Part shown: in pieces, positions 20,480-29,594 of the stretch
Layout: each line of letters opens with the position of its first letter
Numbering within the stretch: the first letter of the stretch is position 1
DNA from: a virus
Taxonomy: Duplodnaviria > Heunggongvirae > Uroviricota > Caudoviricetes
Reading direction: 5' to 3' (one strand)
Virus record (IMG/VR): IMGVR_UViG_3300042154_003418
Location: 40,218 to 104,217 of that record
DNA length: 64,000 nt
Position numbers and translations under genes: made by a program
The notes under the pieces: generated by a model
Database searches by the model: none
What the model saw: only the letters and a program-made list of their open reading frames with translations
Told to the model about the DNA's origin: nothing

Positions 20480-20863
20480 ATGCACAAACTAGTAAAGAGC
20501 CTAGTATTTAGCCTATGCTTGCTTGGTGTGCCTGTTATGGCACACCAATTTACACCTACCTACCCTAAGTTTGGTGTTTCTTTTGTAGACGGAGTACTTA
20601 GTACTCGAATGGAACTTTTTAACAAACGCCAAGACGTTGAGTACTATGAACTAGATGTTTATGACGCAGATTGGAAACCATTGCCTTTTGCTACTGAAAA
20701 CAAGTTGATAGGCATCCGGTATCTTGAAACAAAACCTGTGAACGTGTACATTAAAGCCCAAGATTTATCTCGCATAGTCTATATCTGCACTGAGTCTAGA
20801 ATGCGTAAACAAGACGCAAAGGACACAGTGATTTCATCAAAAATATGTTCTAAGGTTAAATAA
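20480..20863 (+). CDS. small secreted protein
   Basis: Signal peptide MHKLVKSLVFSLCLLGVPVMAHQ. Confidence 0.4.
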   Translation: MHKLVKSLVFSLCLLGVPVMAHQFTPTYPKFGVSFVDGVLSTRMELFNKRQDVEYYELDVYDADWKPLPFATENKLIGIRYLETKPVNVYIKAQDLSRIVYICTESRMRKQDAKDTVISSKICSKVK

Positions 20864-21279
20864 TGCTTAGATTAGTATGTTGTGCACTACTCTTTGGTTT
20901 GTGGGTGCCTGCGTTTGCTCAAAACAACTCACTTAACCTAGCACTACCAGGTGCAACAGGCAGCTATCAATCCGATAGTTTTCGTGCTGACGGCCTGGAC
21001 TGTTCTATGGCAATAGGCAGTGCCACAAACTTGGAATTTGGTGTAATAGGTGTTATTAACCGAGCGCCTACAACAGTAACAACCGATTTAAATATGCAAC
21101 AACGTGATGTTGGTGTATATGGTAGAATTACAATACCAATAGGTGCACCCAAAACTCGCCTAGACTGTAACGAACTATATCAGTTAGAGTTAAAAAAGAA
21201 GCGTATGGAAGTTCAAAAGTTAGAACGCGAGTTGCAAAACTTGCGAGCACTAAAGTTTGAGAACGTGGTTAACAAATAA
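20863..21279 (+). CDS. secreted protein with C-terminal coiled coil
   Basis: Signal peptide MLRLVCCALLFGLWVPAFAQ. C-terminus KKKRMEVQKLERELQNLRALKFE. Confidence 0.4.
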   Translation: MLRLVCCALLFGLWVPAFAQNNSLNLALPGATGSYQSDSFRADGLDCSMAIGSATNLEFGVIGVINRAPTTVTTDLNMQQRDVGVYGRITIPIGAPKTRLDCNELYQLELKKKRMEVQKLERELQNLRALKFENVVNK

Positions 21280-21287
21280 AGGATATT

Positions 21288-21866
21288 ATGTCCACAGATA
21301 TAAACAAAAAAGTAGATGAGCTAGAATCTGCTACCAAAAAATACGCCAGCAAAGACACTGTTATTAGTATTGGTGGCTATGAGTTTACACCAGCTAAACT
21401 AATGGTAGCCTTTACACTGGTAAGCTCGCTGCTGGGCGGTCTTTATGGAGCTTTTGAAGTCTACAAAGACTACCAAGGCATGAAAAAGAAAATAGCCGAA
21501 TATGTTAGTCCTGACTTGTCACAGTTTGACAAGCGCCTGGCTGTTATTGAAGAAAACTCCTCAAAAACAACAGACTATACTCGTGATATAAAAACTGACC
21601 TAAAACAAGATATTCGCCGCAATGAGTCAGTAACTGAACAAGTTGAGCGCAGTGTAAAGCAAGCACAGCGTGAAACCGAGTCCGAAATGCGTCAAGCACG
21701 CAAAGATGTTCGCGAAGACTTGGACAAGGCAAAAAGTGAAGTTGATGCAATTCGTCGTGAAATGGCAACTGCTCGCCGTGAAATTTCACGTGAAGTTGAA
21801 ACACTGAAAAAAGAAGTGGACAGCAAAATACAAAAAGCCATTGATAACCCGCTAGCAGGAAAATAA
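21288..21866 (+). CDS. membrane-anchored coiled-coil protein
   Basis: Transmembrane segment LMVAFTLVSSLLGGLYGAF, then a long charged coiled coil. Confidence 0.4.
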   Translation: MSTDINKKVDELESATKKYASKDTVISIGGYEFTPAKLMVAFTLVSSLLGGLYGAFEVYKDYQGMKKKIAEYVSPDLSQFDKRLAVIEENSSKTTDYTRDIKTDLKQDIRRNESVTEQVERSVKQAQRETESEMRQARKDVREDLDKAKSEVDAIRREMATARREISREVETLKKEVDSKIQKAIDNPLAGK

Positions 21867-21867
21867 A

Positions 21868-22137
21868 ATGAACACAGACCTTAAATTATTTAAGTGGCTG
21901 GGAATACTTGTACTACTACCAGTTACACTGGCATTTTTTGGTGGCGATCGTTTTCGTTATCCTTGCCAGAATCCTGCAAATTGGGAAACAGCTCAATGCA
22001 AGCGACCACTCTGTGATGTAACACGTACTTGTCCAGACCATGTATTTAAAGGCCAGCGCGATCCGCGCATTGACCCACAAGCCACTGGTACGCCCGCAGC
22101 ACCAACCCCAACCTCAGGAGCCACTTGTGCAAAGTAA
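21868..22137 (+). CDS. small secreted Cys-containing protein
   Basis: Signal-like LGILVLLPVTLAFFGG with 4 Cys. Confidence 0.3.
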   Translation: MNTDLKLFKWLGILVLLPVTLAFFGGDRFRYPCQNPANWETAQCKRPLCDVTRTCPDHVFKGQRDPRIDPQATGTPAAPTPTSGATCAK

Positions 22138-22165
22138 TCAATTTTTATACAGTGACGAGCAGCTA

Positions 22166-22579
22166 ATGGCTCGTTTAAAATTCTTTATTGGGGTATGTCT
22201 AGCACTTACCCTAACAGGAATTGTGTTTGTTGTGTTATACAGCTTAATCTTTGTAACACAGCCACTAAATGCTATCAGCCCAATTGATCAGAAGTTTTTT
22301 GAACTAATTGTGCCAATTGCTACGTTTTTAACTGGTACACTAAGTGGTATTATGCTAGCAGGTGGATCAAAAGAAGAAGTAGATGCCAGTTTAGCACTAA
22401 TGAAGCAAGCGCAAGAAAACGCAGCTGCAGCAGCCAAAACCAGTTACGTACCAAAACAAGAACCAACATTTAGTCCAGGTTTAAGTACCACGCAAGGATT
22501 CAACGGCACAGCCACAGCCGAGATCAGATTTATAAACGGCAAGCCAGCTCCACAGCTTGCACCTCAACCGGAGATTTAA
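22166..22579 (+). CDS. membrane protein
   Basis: ATG at 22166 follows the upstream stop, while the ORF track's first Met is at 22040. Two transmembrane helices. Confidence 0.4.
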   Translation: MARLKFFIGVCLALTLTGIVFVVLYSLIFVTQPLNAISPIDQKFFELIVPIATFLTGTLSGIMLAGGSKEEVDASLALMKQAQENAAAAAKTSYVPKQEPTFSPGLSTTQGFNGTATAEIRFINGKPAPQLAPQPEI

Positions 22580-22777
22580 ATGAAACAACCACTGATTACA
22601 CTTGCATTAGTTTTAAGCTTATTGGCGCCAGCAGCAGTTTTTGCCACCGCTGAAACCAAGCGGGTATGTGTTGAGCAGGTCGATGCCAAAACCAAAAAGC
22701 CCAAAGAAGTGTGCAAAGAAGTAAAAGTTCATAAAAAGCTAGAAGGTACAAAAGTGCCAGAAAAGCAGGGTAAATAA
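22580..22777 (+). CDS. small secreted Lys-rich protein
   Basis: Signal MKQPLITLALVLSLLAPAAVFA. Confidence 0.35.
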   Translation: MKQPLITLALVLSLLAPAAVFATAETKRVCVEQVDAKTKKPKEVCKEVKVHKKLEGTKVPEKQGK

Positions 22778-22785
22778 TTTTTTAA

Positions 22786-22814
22786 TTGACACAGTACAAA
22801 TCCTGTGGTAAAAT
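22786..22814 (+). promoter_or_regulatory. sigma70-type promoter for phoH
   Basis: ttgaca at 22786-22791, a 17-nt spacer, taaaat at 22809-22814. SD aagga before the ATG at 22856. Confidence 0.55.
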
Positions 22815-22855
22815 AATGCGTTACCCAGGATTTTTATCAACCAACAAGGAAGTAC

Positions 22856-23614
22856 ATGGCAAGAAATAGTGGTAAATCCCATCGCACCTTTCCAGCAAAA
22901 AAGTCTAGTGAGCGCCCCACACAGGCAGAAAAGTCTAGACTGCGTCAAAGTAAGCACGAAGGCTTTGAAGAGCCTCAGCCTCAACGCAACTACACCTTTA
23001 AAGAAGTTCAACCACTAAACTTTGTACAAGGTGAATACTTAGATGCAATTGAGAACAATGACGTTATATTTGGAATAGGTAGTGCAGGCACTGGTAAAAC
23101 TTTTATTGCAGCCAACTATGCTGCTAGAGAGTTGTACTATAAACGCGTAGACAAGGTTATCTTAACCCGTCCAAATATTGAAACCGGCAGGGGCCTAGGC
23201 TTCCTACCCGGTACACTAGAAGAAAAATACGCACCATACTTGCTGCCTTTTGACGCAATCTTTACTCGTGCCCTAGGCAAAGGCTTTTATGAGTATTGTT
23301 TAAAGGCCAAAAACATTGACCCTACTCCACTAGGATTCTTACGCGGCACTACATTTGACAACTGCATTGTGCTTGTAGATGAGGCACAAAATTGCACTCG
23401 TGAAGAAATGAAAATGTTGCTTTCACGCATTGGCAAGAACTGCAAAATGATCTTTTCAGGCGACGAATGTCAAAGCGACATAGGCGACGCTTCTGGTTTA
23501 ATTGATGCCGTAGAGCGCCTAGATGGTATTGAAGGTATCGAAGTGGTAGAATTTCTTGACGAAGACATTGTTCGTTCAAAGATGTGTAAACAAATTATTA
23601 TGGCTTATAGATAA
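22856..23614 (+). CDS. phoH: PhoH-like ATPase
   Basis: Walker A GSAGTGKTF, Walker B VLVDEAQN, and the overall 252-aa PhoH architecture. Confidence 0.85.
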   Translation: MARNSGKSHRTFPAKKSSERPTQAEKSRLRQSKHEGFEEPQPQRNYTFKEVQPLNFVQGEYLDAIENNDVIFGIGSAGTGKTFIAANYAARELYYKRVDKVILTRPNIETGRGLGFLPGTLEEKYAPYLLPFDAIFTRALGKGFYEYCLKAKNIDPTPLGFLRGTTFDNCIVLVDEAQNCTREEMKMLLSRIGKNCKMIFSGDECQSDIGDASGLIDAVERLDGIEGIEVVEFLDEDIVRSKMCKQIIMAYR

Positions 23615-23616
23615 AT

Positions 23617-24252
23617 ATGGCAAAAACATACAAACCAACAACCGGCATGGCAACTGCCGCTAAACGTGCCTTAAAGTGGAAAGCAGACGGCGAGCCTGGC
23701 GGTACGCTAGTTGGTTTGGCCAGAGCTAATCAACTCAAAGATCGTGAACCACTTTCGGAAAGTGTTGTCTTACGCATGTACAGCTTTTTTAGCCGTCATG
23801 AACCTGATAAAAAAGCAACAGGATTTCGCAGTGGTGAAGAAGGTTTTCCAAGCAAAGGTCGAGTAGCCTGGGACTTGTGGGGTGGTGATGGTGGATACTC
23901 GTGGAGTACTAGCAAGCGTAATCAAATTATGCGTGCACGTGAAGCCAAAGCATTGCGCTTGGTAACAGTTACAAAATCGCAGATTCCACACATGATGCTA
24001 ATGGCAGCAGCACAAACCATAGAAAACTACGCTAACGAAAATATTTCCGAAAGCTTAGATGCTTTCGGTCAGTTTATGTATCATGCACAACTGCTACGCA
24101 ACAATCACTTAGACACTTACTTGTTAGACTTACATTTGGTCGAACAACCTTATCGTGATATATTAGTACTGGTATTTAGTGAGCTAGCACCTGAAGGTAT
24201 AATTGACTATGATGACGTTGACGACGAAGATAGTCTAGAGGACACACAATAA
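23617..24252 (+). CDS. hypothetical protein with acidic C-terminus
   Basis: 211-aa ORF coupled to phoH. Ends DYDDVDDEDSLEDTQ. Confidence 0.45.
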   Translation: MAKTYKPTTGMATAAKRALKWKADGEPGGTLVGLARANQLKDREPLSESVVLRMYSFFSRHEPDKKATGFRSGEEGFPSKGRVAWDLWGGDGGYSWSTSKRNQIMRAREAKALRLVTVTKSQIPHMMLMAAAQTIENYANENISESLDAFGQFMYHAQLLRNNHLDTYLLDLHLVEQPYRDILVLVFSELAPEGIIDYDDVDDEDSLEDTQ

Positions 24253-24290
24253 AAAAGCCCGCAACTAGCAATAGTTGCGGGCTTTTGTTT
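24251..24290. terminator. bidirectional Rho-independent terminator between convergent genes
   Basis: agcccgcaacta-gcaa-tagttgcgggct, flanked by A6 and T4GT3. Confidence 0.7.
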
Positions 24291-24747
24291 AAACAGCCAT
24301 GCTTGAGTAAAGCATCCAGCCATGTTTGCGATGTGCATCAATACGCTCACTTAAAAAAGCACTTAATCCATGCTCACCATACTGCTCAGCTAGCGCATAA
24401 GCCTTTATGAGTTCTTCGTGTACTTTTCCGTTGTCAACGTATAGCGTGCGCAACATTTCATTTTTTGGTAGCACTTCCAAAGTGTCAGCAATCGTTGAGT
24501 GTTCTGCAAGTTGTGAAAAGCTAGCAGGCACCCAGCAGCGCAAAGCGCGAACACGCTCAGCAAAATCGTCAAGCTCATCATCTACCTCATCATAAATTTT
24601 TCCAAACAGTTCATGATACTGCAAAAAGTCGGGGCCTGTTACGTTCCAGTGAAAGTTTTCAGCTTTGACTAAGAACGCATAAGTTGTTGCAAAAGCACTT
24701 TTAAGTGCCAGTTTTAGGTCTTCCATATTATTCCTTATATTGTCCAC
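24289..24747 (-). CDS. Dps-like ferritin-fold protein
   Basis: [35 protein letters not shown] matches the Dps ferroxidase-centre motif (HW..G..F..H..). 152 aa. Confidence 0.6.
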   Translation of the reverse strand: MDNIRNNMEDLKLALKSAFATTYAFLVKAENFHWNVTGPDFLQYHELFGKIYDEVDDELDDFAERVRALRCWVPASFSQLAEHSTIADTLEVLPKNEMLRTLYVDNGKVHEELIKAYALAEQYGEHGLSAFLSERIDAHRKHGWMLYSSMAV

Positions 24748-25334
24748 CAGTTGTTGTTGTTGTAAATTACATTAAGTGACTCATAAGGAGTCGTCATTGT
24801 AATTGCGGTAACACCATTTATTAGTGCTGGTGCTTCTGGCTGTACCGTTAATTTTCGATTACCAACAGGTGCTCCAAATTCTAATTTGATTGTGTGTTTG
24901 GTACCTGGAGGTACTGAGTTGAGCAGTGTAACCGTTGCTTTATCTTTTAGCTGTGCACCAATATAGCAATCGGTTTCACTAGCACAATAGTCTTCGGTAA
25001 TAGTCACAGTATTGCACACACAGCCTTTGCCAGGTCCAGGTGGTCCAGGTGGTCCAGGTGGTCCAGGTGGTCCAGGTGGCCCTATTACAGGGCCTGCATT
25101 CACTATTGTACCATCAGTTAGCAGTAATAGTAAGTCCCCTGGATTATCAGTTACTTCTGCTCCGGCAACTCCTACACCTGCCGGCCCTGGCGGACCTGCG
25201 GGCCCTTCTGGTCCAGGCGTACCTGGGCCGCCGTTTACCACACTGTTTATAAACAAGTCACGGTCATCAATTGTTGGAGGAAGCGGCAAGTACGGTGGCA
25301 TACTCCAGCCAAATGGCATTGTTTGATATTGCAT
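24735..25334 (-). CDS. collagen-like repeat protein
   Basis: [20 protein letters not shown] ... [18 protein letters not shown] Gly-X-Y tracts. Nucleotide repeat ggtccaggtggtccagg at 25023-25080. Confidence 0.6.
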   Translation of the reverse strand: MQYQTMPFGWSMPPYLPLPPTIDDRDLFINSVVNGGPGTPGPEGPAGPPGPAGVGVAGAEVTDNPGDLLLLLTDGTIVNAGPVIGPPGPPGPPGPPGPPGPGKGCVCNTVTITEDYCASETDCYIGAQLKDKATVTLLNSVPPGTKHTIKLEFGAPVGNRKLTVQPEAPALINGVTAITMTTPYESLNVIYNNNNWWTI

Positions 25335-25346
25335 GTTAGTTCCTTA

Positions 25347-25382
25347 ACAAAAAAGCCCCCACGGCTTGTGGCTGCGGGGGCT
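25347..25382 (-). terminator. Rho-independent terminator downstream of the 25390 gene
   Basis: agccccc...gggggct hairpin with an A-run on + (T-run on -). Confidence 0.5.
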
Positions 25383-25389
25383 AGCAATA

Positions 25390-26304
25390 TTAACGAATGT
25401 TAGTATTTGTGTTGCTTGGGTTAGCAGTTTGTGTTCCGCTTCCAACGTTGATTGCAGCATTTTCGCTGCGAATGCTCTGACCTAAGCTCCAGATCAAGTT
25501 GGCCAATTGGCCATACTGAGCTTGAGTTTGTTGCTGTTGTTGCATCTGGTTGATGTTGTTGGTTGTTGTAACCTCAACACCACGTGCAGCAGCGCCACTA
25601 AACTCACGGCTACGTAGCTCAATAATAGCTGCATTAGCATCAGCTAGTTGACGCTGTAGGTTTAATTCGTATTGCTGAGTAATCAGTGCACGAGTCTTTT
25701 CACCATCAGCACTAATATCCTTGCTTAGTTCATAACGGTTTTCCATTACGTTCTGGTTAATAGCTGCCTGACCTTGCATTAGTGCAACTGCGTTTGTGTT
25801 AACTACGTCTTTTACGTTGTCAATACGTAGAGACAATCCTTGAGTAACTGCATTTAGTGCTGCATTAATACCAATAGTTTGGTTAGCTTGTGAGGCTTCC
25901 ATTGCTGCTGTTGATACAGCTACTGCTTTGTCAACAGCGCCAATGCTTTGCATTAGGCTCATGTTAGCTTGGTTTTGTTCTGGTGGGTTACGTAGTGTGG
26001 CACCTAGTGCTGCTCCACCGCCTTCTCCACCTAGTAAGTTACCGTTGTTGCGTAGTAGGCTTCCTAGGATAAGACCGCCGATTAAACCGCCTCCGCCGAA
26101 ACCACCATCATTGCTACCGCCCATACCCATAATCATACCGGGTGTCATTACTTCTGCCATTTTAGGCTCCTTTAAAGTTTCTTTTGCTTGAGATACTAGT
26201 TGCTTGTAATATTGGTCAGCAAAACTAGCTTGTTTTTTAAGCGCTTCCATAACTTCCTCGGTTGCAGCCGGGGAAACAGGTACGCCAGTTGTGTTATCAT
26301 CCAT
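25390..26304 (-). CDS. hypothetical Gly/Gln-rich protein
   Basis: 304-aa ORF with GGSNDGGFGGGGLIGGLILG and QQQQQTQAQ segments. Confidence 0.45.
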   Translation of the reverse strand: MDDNTTGVPVSPAATEEVMEALKKQASFADQYYKQLVSQAKETLKEPKMAEVMTPGMIMGMGGSNDGGFGGGGLIGGLILGSLLRNNGNLLGGEGGGAALGATLRNPPEQNQANMSLMQSIGAVDKAVAVSTAAMEASQANQTIGINAALNAVTQGLSLRIDNVKDVVNTNAVALMQGQAAINQNVMENRYELSKDISADGEKTRALITQQYELNLQRQLADANAAIIELRSREFSGAAARGVEVTTTNNINQMQQQQQTQAQYGQLANLIWSLGQSIRSENAAINVGSGTQTANPSNTNTNIR

Positions 26305-26513
26305 ATAAATAAATTTCTGTGTTGTGGATAGATATGATACTGCGTATCACTGCGCAGTTCCTAAAATTTAAGAACTGATATAATTATACAACAAAATGGT
26401 ATGTAGTGCAACACAACTTTTAGGGTTCCAGGAGCAAAAATGCACGGTAATAAGAAATTATGCAGGATATTTTTGGGCAAGTGCACTGGCGCACCCTACA
26501 AAAATTTGACGAC

Positions 26514-26551
26514 AAAAAAGCCCCCGAATCTTCTGATGCGGGGGCTTTTTC
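26514..26551. terminator. Rho-independent terminator (bidirectional hairpin) downstream of the RNR gene
   Basis: aaaaaa-gcccccg-aatcttctgat-gcgggggc-ttttt. Confidence 0.6.
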
Positions 26552-26748
26552 TTTGCCTATTTATTCGGCTGCTGGCTGTGGTGCTGGTTGTGGCAACTGG
26601 GCTTCTGCTTGTGCGCGAACTTTTTGAGATAGCGGATTGCAGATTTTAGCAGGCAGTTCTTGCAGTCCGGCTAGGATAGCATTAACTTCGTCAACAGACA
26701 GGTCTGAAAGGTTGATTTTAATATCGTTCATGTTTATGGTTGGTTAGT

Positions 26749-28716
26749 TTATTTAATTGGGCAAGCACCAGTTGCGCACTCGGCATCGGTGATTTCGTCA
26801 AAACTGTTGGTGTTGTTTAAGTCAACTTCACCAACTGTGGCAACATACTCACGGTATGTTTGTTCGTCTACAACTTCTTGTGGAAGATATAAGTATCCAA
26901 GGTCTTTGGCAGTTTTAGTAGGGTCTGTGCGATAGATAAAACTCACGCCCACATAACAATCCCAGTTGTCTAGCAGCCAGTCAATGATTGCAGGAATTTC
27001 ACTAGGATCATAACTAATAGTTACCGATGTGTTTTGTTGATTCCAGCTAGTCTGTAACAGCTTATAACGCTCCAACTGTACCACAGCTGATTCGATATTA
27101 ACTTCTTTACCCTCAACTTTATCAAATGGAACTCCGTCCCACATTACTGGGAACGTAACAAGAACTCCAGAATCATCAACAGGATGATTAATAACACGGT
27201 AACCCGCTTGACGTAGCTTTTCAACCACCGGGTCATGTTTGCTAAACTGAACATTGTTGAAAATGTACTTTCCTAGTGGTTTGTGTACACCCTCAGTTGT
27301 ATCCATGATCTTGCTGAGAGTGCCTGAAGGCTTGATACAAGTTACGTTCTTGGGAGCAGGTAAACCCAGTTCCAAGCTCATACCCACAGCAGCCGATGTG
27401 GCAGTACGCTTTAAGTATTCATAGTCATAGCTGCCCATGTCAGGACGCATTGCAATACCAGTTAGGCCTACACCGCAAAGTCGTAAGAAATAGTTGTTAA
27501 GGTGCCAAGACTCTTGAAGAATGCCGTCCTGAAGGTTAACACACGTTTGTCGGTAGTTGGCACGAGCTGCCAGTCGTATAGCGTTGTGCAAACCGGCAGT
27601 GTCGCCTTTGAACTTGGCAATGTCAGTTTCGGTAAGGTTACAGAAAGCCTTGTTACCGAGTAAGATTTCAACGCATGGATTGGCTCCCTTAAACCACGGA
27701 GCGCGTCTGAGTGCTTCAACTTCATTGATAAATCCTGGTTCACTACCACCGGCTTCAGTCATCATCCCAAAGATGCGTTCTAAGTCGGCTTTTAGTGGTT
27801 TCTTTTTAAATACTAAACTGTTGTTTGATTGTGTGCGGTGCTGGTTATTATGCAACCACCAGTCTTTTTTGGCTACTGCGAATTCTTCCCATTCTGGCTG
27901 GTCATAGTCAAATAAAGCGATCTCGGCACTACGACGACTAGATAGAATAGTACCCAGGTGGTTAACAATATCGAGGATATCCATCCGAGTAAGTAAACTA
28001 TCAGCACGGCCGTTGAGGATATTTGCAATAGCCACGTATGCAGTGGATATAGCACTGTCGCCACTTGAAATCCATCCATAGCCTTTTAATCTTTCACCTG
28101 CTGGTCGTAGTTGCGAAAAGTCCAAGACGAGCGTATCAGCGGAATATTTTCCAGCCAGTAGTTTGCCAATTGACTTTGCCCAGGCTTCTGCACTGTCTCC
28201 GATTTGAATTGTCCAGGTTTTGGTGTCTGGTTCCCAGTACTCAACGTTGTGCTCATTGCCACCTTTGGCAGTGCGTGTGCTTCTAACCATCCGAATGTTC
28301 TTGATTGGCTTTGAAAATCCATTTAGCGTTCCTACAATTGGTTTAAATCCAACGCCGCAACCTTGTAGCAACAACCATAAGACGTCTACTACGTCATAGA
28401 TTGTTTCAACGTGTGTAAAGCTGCAATTGAACTGAGATGCTTCACGTGTTTTGGCTACGTTAGTGCCGCCAAGCCACAGTGTGCGACCACTCATTAGCAC
28501 TTTGCGATCTAGCATTAGTTGCTCAAGATCATAAAGTTCCGAGTATTCTAGGTCGTTTAAGTCACGACCAACTGCCCGCTCCCACAACCACTGTTGGTGG
28601 TCAATAACACGTGCAACTGTTTCTGCCCATGTTTCAAATTGTTTTCCGTCGTCTGAGGTAGGGCGGTTGTATGTACGACGTGTAATTACTTGTGCTCGTG
28701 TTGATGGTAGGTTCAT
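26749..28716 (-). CDS. ribonucleotide reductase large subunit, single-subunit type (class II-like guess)
   Basis: Active-site motif NPCVEILLGNKAFCNLTE (NxC.E). 655 aa. No NrdB-like gene nearby. C-terminal Cys pair CATGAC. Confidence 0.6.
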   Translation of the reverse strand: MNLPSTRAQVITRRTYNRPTSDDGKQFETWAETVARVIDHQQWLWERAVGRDLNDLEYSELYDLEQLMLDRKVLMSGRTLWLGGTNVAKTREASQFNCSFTHVETIYDVVDVLWLLLQGCGVGFKPIVGTLNGFSKPIKNIRMVRSTRTAKGGNEHNVEYWEPDTKTWTIQIGDSAEAWAKSIGKLLAGKYSADTLVLDFSQLRPAGERLKGYGWISSGDSAISTAYVAIANILNGRADSLLTRMDILDIVNHLGTILSSRRSAEIALFDYDQPEWEEFAVAKKDWWLHNNQHRTQSNNSLVFKKKPLKADLERIFGMMTEAGGSEPGFINEVEALRRAPWFKGANPCVEILLGNKAFCNLTETDIAKFKGDTAGLHNAIRLAARANYRQTCVNLQDGILQESWHLNNYFLRLCGVGLTGIAMRPDMGSYDYEYLKRTATSAAVGMSLELGLPAPKNVTCIKPSGTLSKIMDTTEGVHKPLGKYIFNNVQFSKHDPVVEKLRQAGYRVINHPVDDSGVLVTFPVMWDGVPFDKVEGKEVNIESAVVQLERYKLLQTSWNQQNTSVTISYDPSEIPAIIDWLLDNWDCYVGVSFIYRTDPTKTAKDLGYLYLPQEVVDEQTYREYVATVGEVDLNNTNSFDEITDAECATGACPIK

Positions 28717-28729
28717 TTATTTCCTTGAT

Positions 28730-29119
28730 TTATTGAGTACAGGGACCTGCTACGAATCCACTCGCATCTGGCTTGCAGGTAGAATCTAGTTTTACACAAG
28801 GTCCAACTACAAAACCGTCTGTGCAGTAGTTAATTGTGGGTTGGATAACTGGACTAGGCCCAATTACCACCGTAGGTGTTAGTGTAACCTGTGGGCCTTT
28901 TACCGGACCAATTACAAAAGGCAGTTGAGCTGCTGGACCTGGACCTACTACAGGGATTTCAGGCACTGCAACAGTTCCTGATGGGCCTAACACAAAAGGT
29001 GCGGGCAACTCAGCAACGGCTTTGTCAGACAGTGTTACTGCTTTGGGCAATTCTGGGGTGTTGCCACCGCCACAAGCTGTTAGTGTGGCCACTAACAGCA
29101 TTAATACAAAATGTTTCAT
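28730..29119 (-). CDS. lipoprotein
   Basis: MKHFVLMLLVATLTACGG lipobox. Pro/Gly-rich with 4 Cys. Confidence 0.5.
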   Translation of the reverse strand: MKHFVLMLLVATLTACGGGNTPELPKAVTLSDKAVAELPAPFVLGPSGTVAVPEIPVVGPGPAAQLPFVIGPVKGPQVTLTPTVVIGPSPVIQPTINYCTDGFVVGPCVKLDSTCKPDASGFVAGPCTQ

Positions 29120-29132
29120 AATATTTTCTCAG

Positions 29133-29594
29133 TTATTGTCCGGTACTACCAAAACCGCCAGTACCGCGTTGTGTGTCATTCCATGCATCACGGAATGTGG
29201 GAAGTTCTACTCGCTGCACTACCAGTTGTGCAATCCTGTCACCTGGCTCGATTGTATAAGGGTCTTCCGAAATATTTTTCAGCAAAACTTTTAAATTTCC
29301 ACGATAGTCAGCATCTATTACGCCAACACTGTGAGGGATTGTAATCCCACGTTTCCCTTGCGAGCTCCTGTTATAAATAAAGCCTGCGAACCCTCGTGGA
29401 ATTTTGACCGCTACTCCTGTATCCACAAGTTTTTGTTCGCCGGGATAAATTTCATGTGCTTCAAGTGCAAACAAATCTGCACCAGCGTCATTGGGATGTG
29501 CACGTTGTGGTAGTTTTGCGCCTGGCTGTAGTTGACAGTCAATTGTGGGTTCTGTGATGCAGCTGCCGCTGTTAATAAAATATTGGTTACTCAT
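29133..29594 (-). CDS. dut: dUTP diphosphatase
   Basis: Motifs GxIDxDYRG (GVIDADYRGNL) and C-terminal RGTGGFGSTG. Confidence 0.9.
   Translation of the reverse strand: MSNQYFINSGSCITEPTIDCQLQPGAKLPQRAHPNDAGADLFALEAHEIYPGEQKLVDTGVAVKIPRGFAGFIYNRSSQGKRGITIPHSVGVIDADYRGNLKVLLKNISEDPYTIEPGDRIAQLVVQRVELPTFRDAWNDTQRGTGGFGSTGQ

Noticed and set aside
25012-25326. + strand ORFs 25012..25326 and 25040..25252 encoding PGPGGPGG / VQVVQVV repeats
   Set aside because: They are antisense shadow frames of the collagen-like gene, produced by the GGN-rich repeat.
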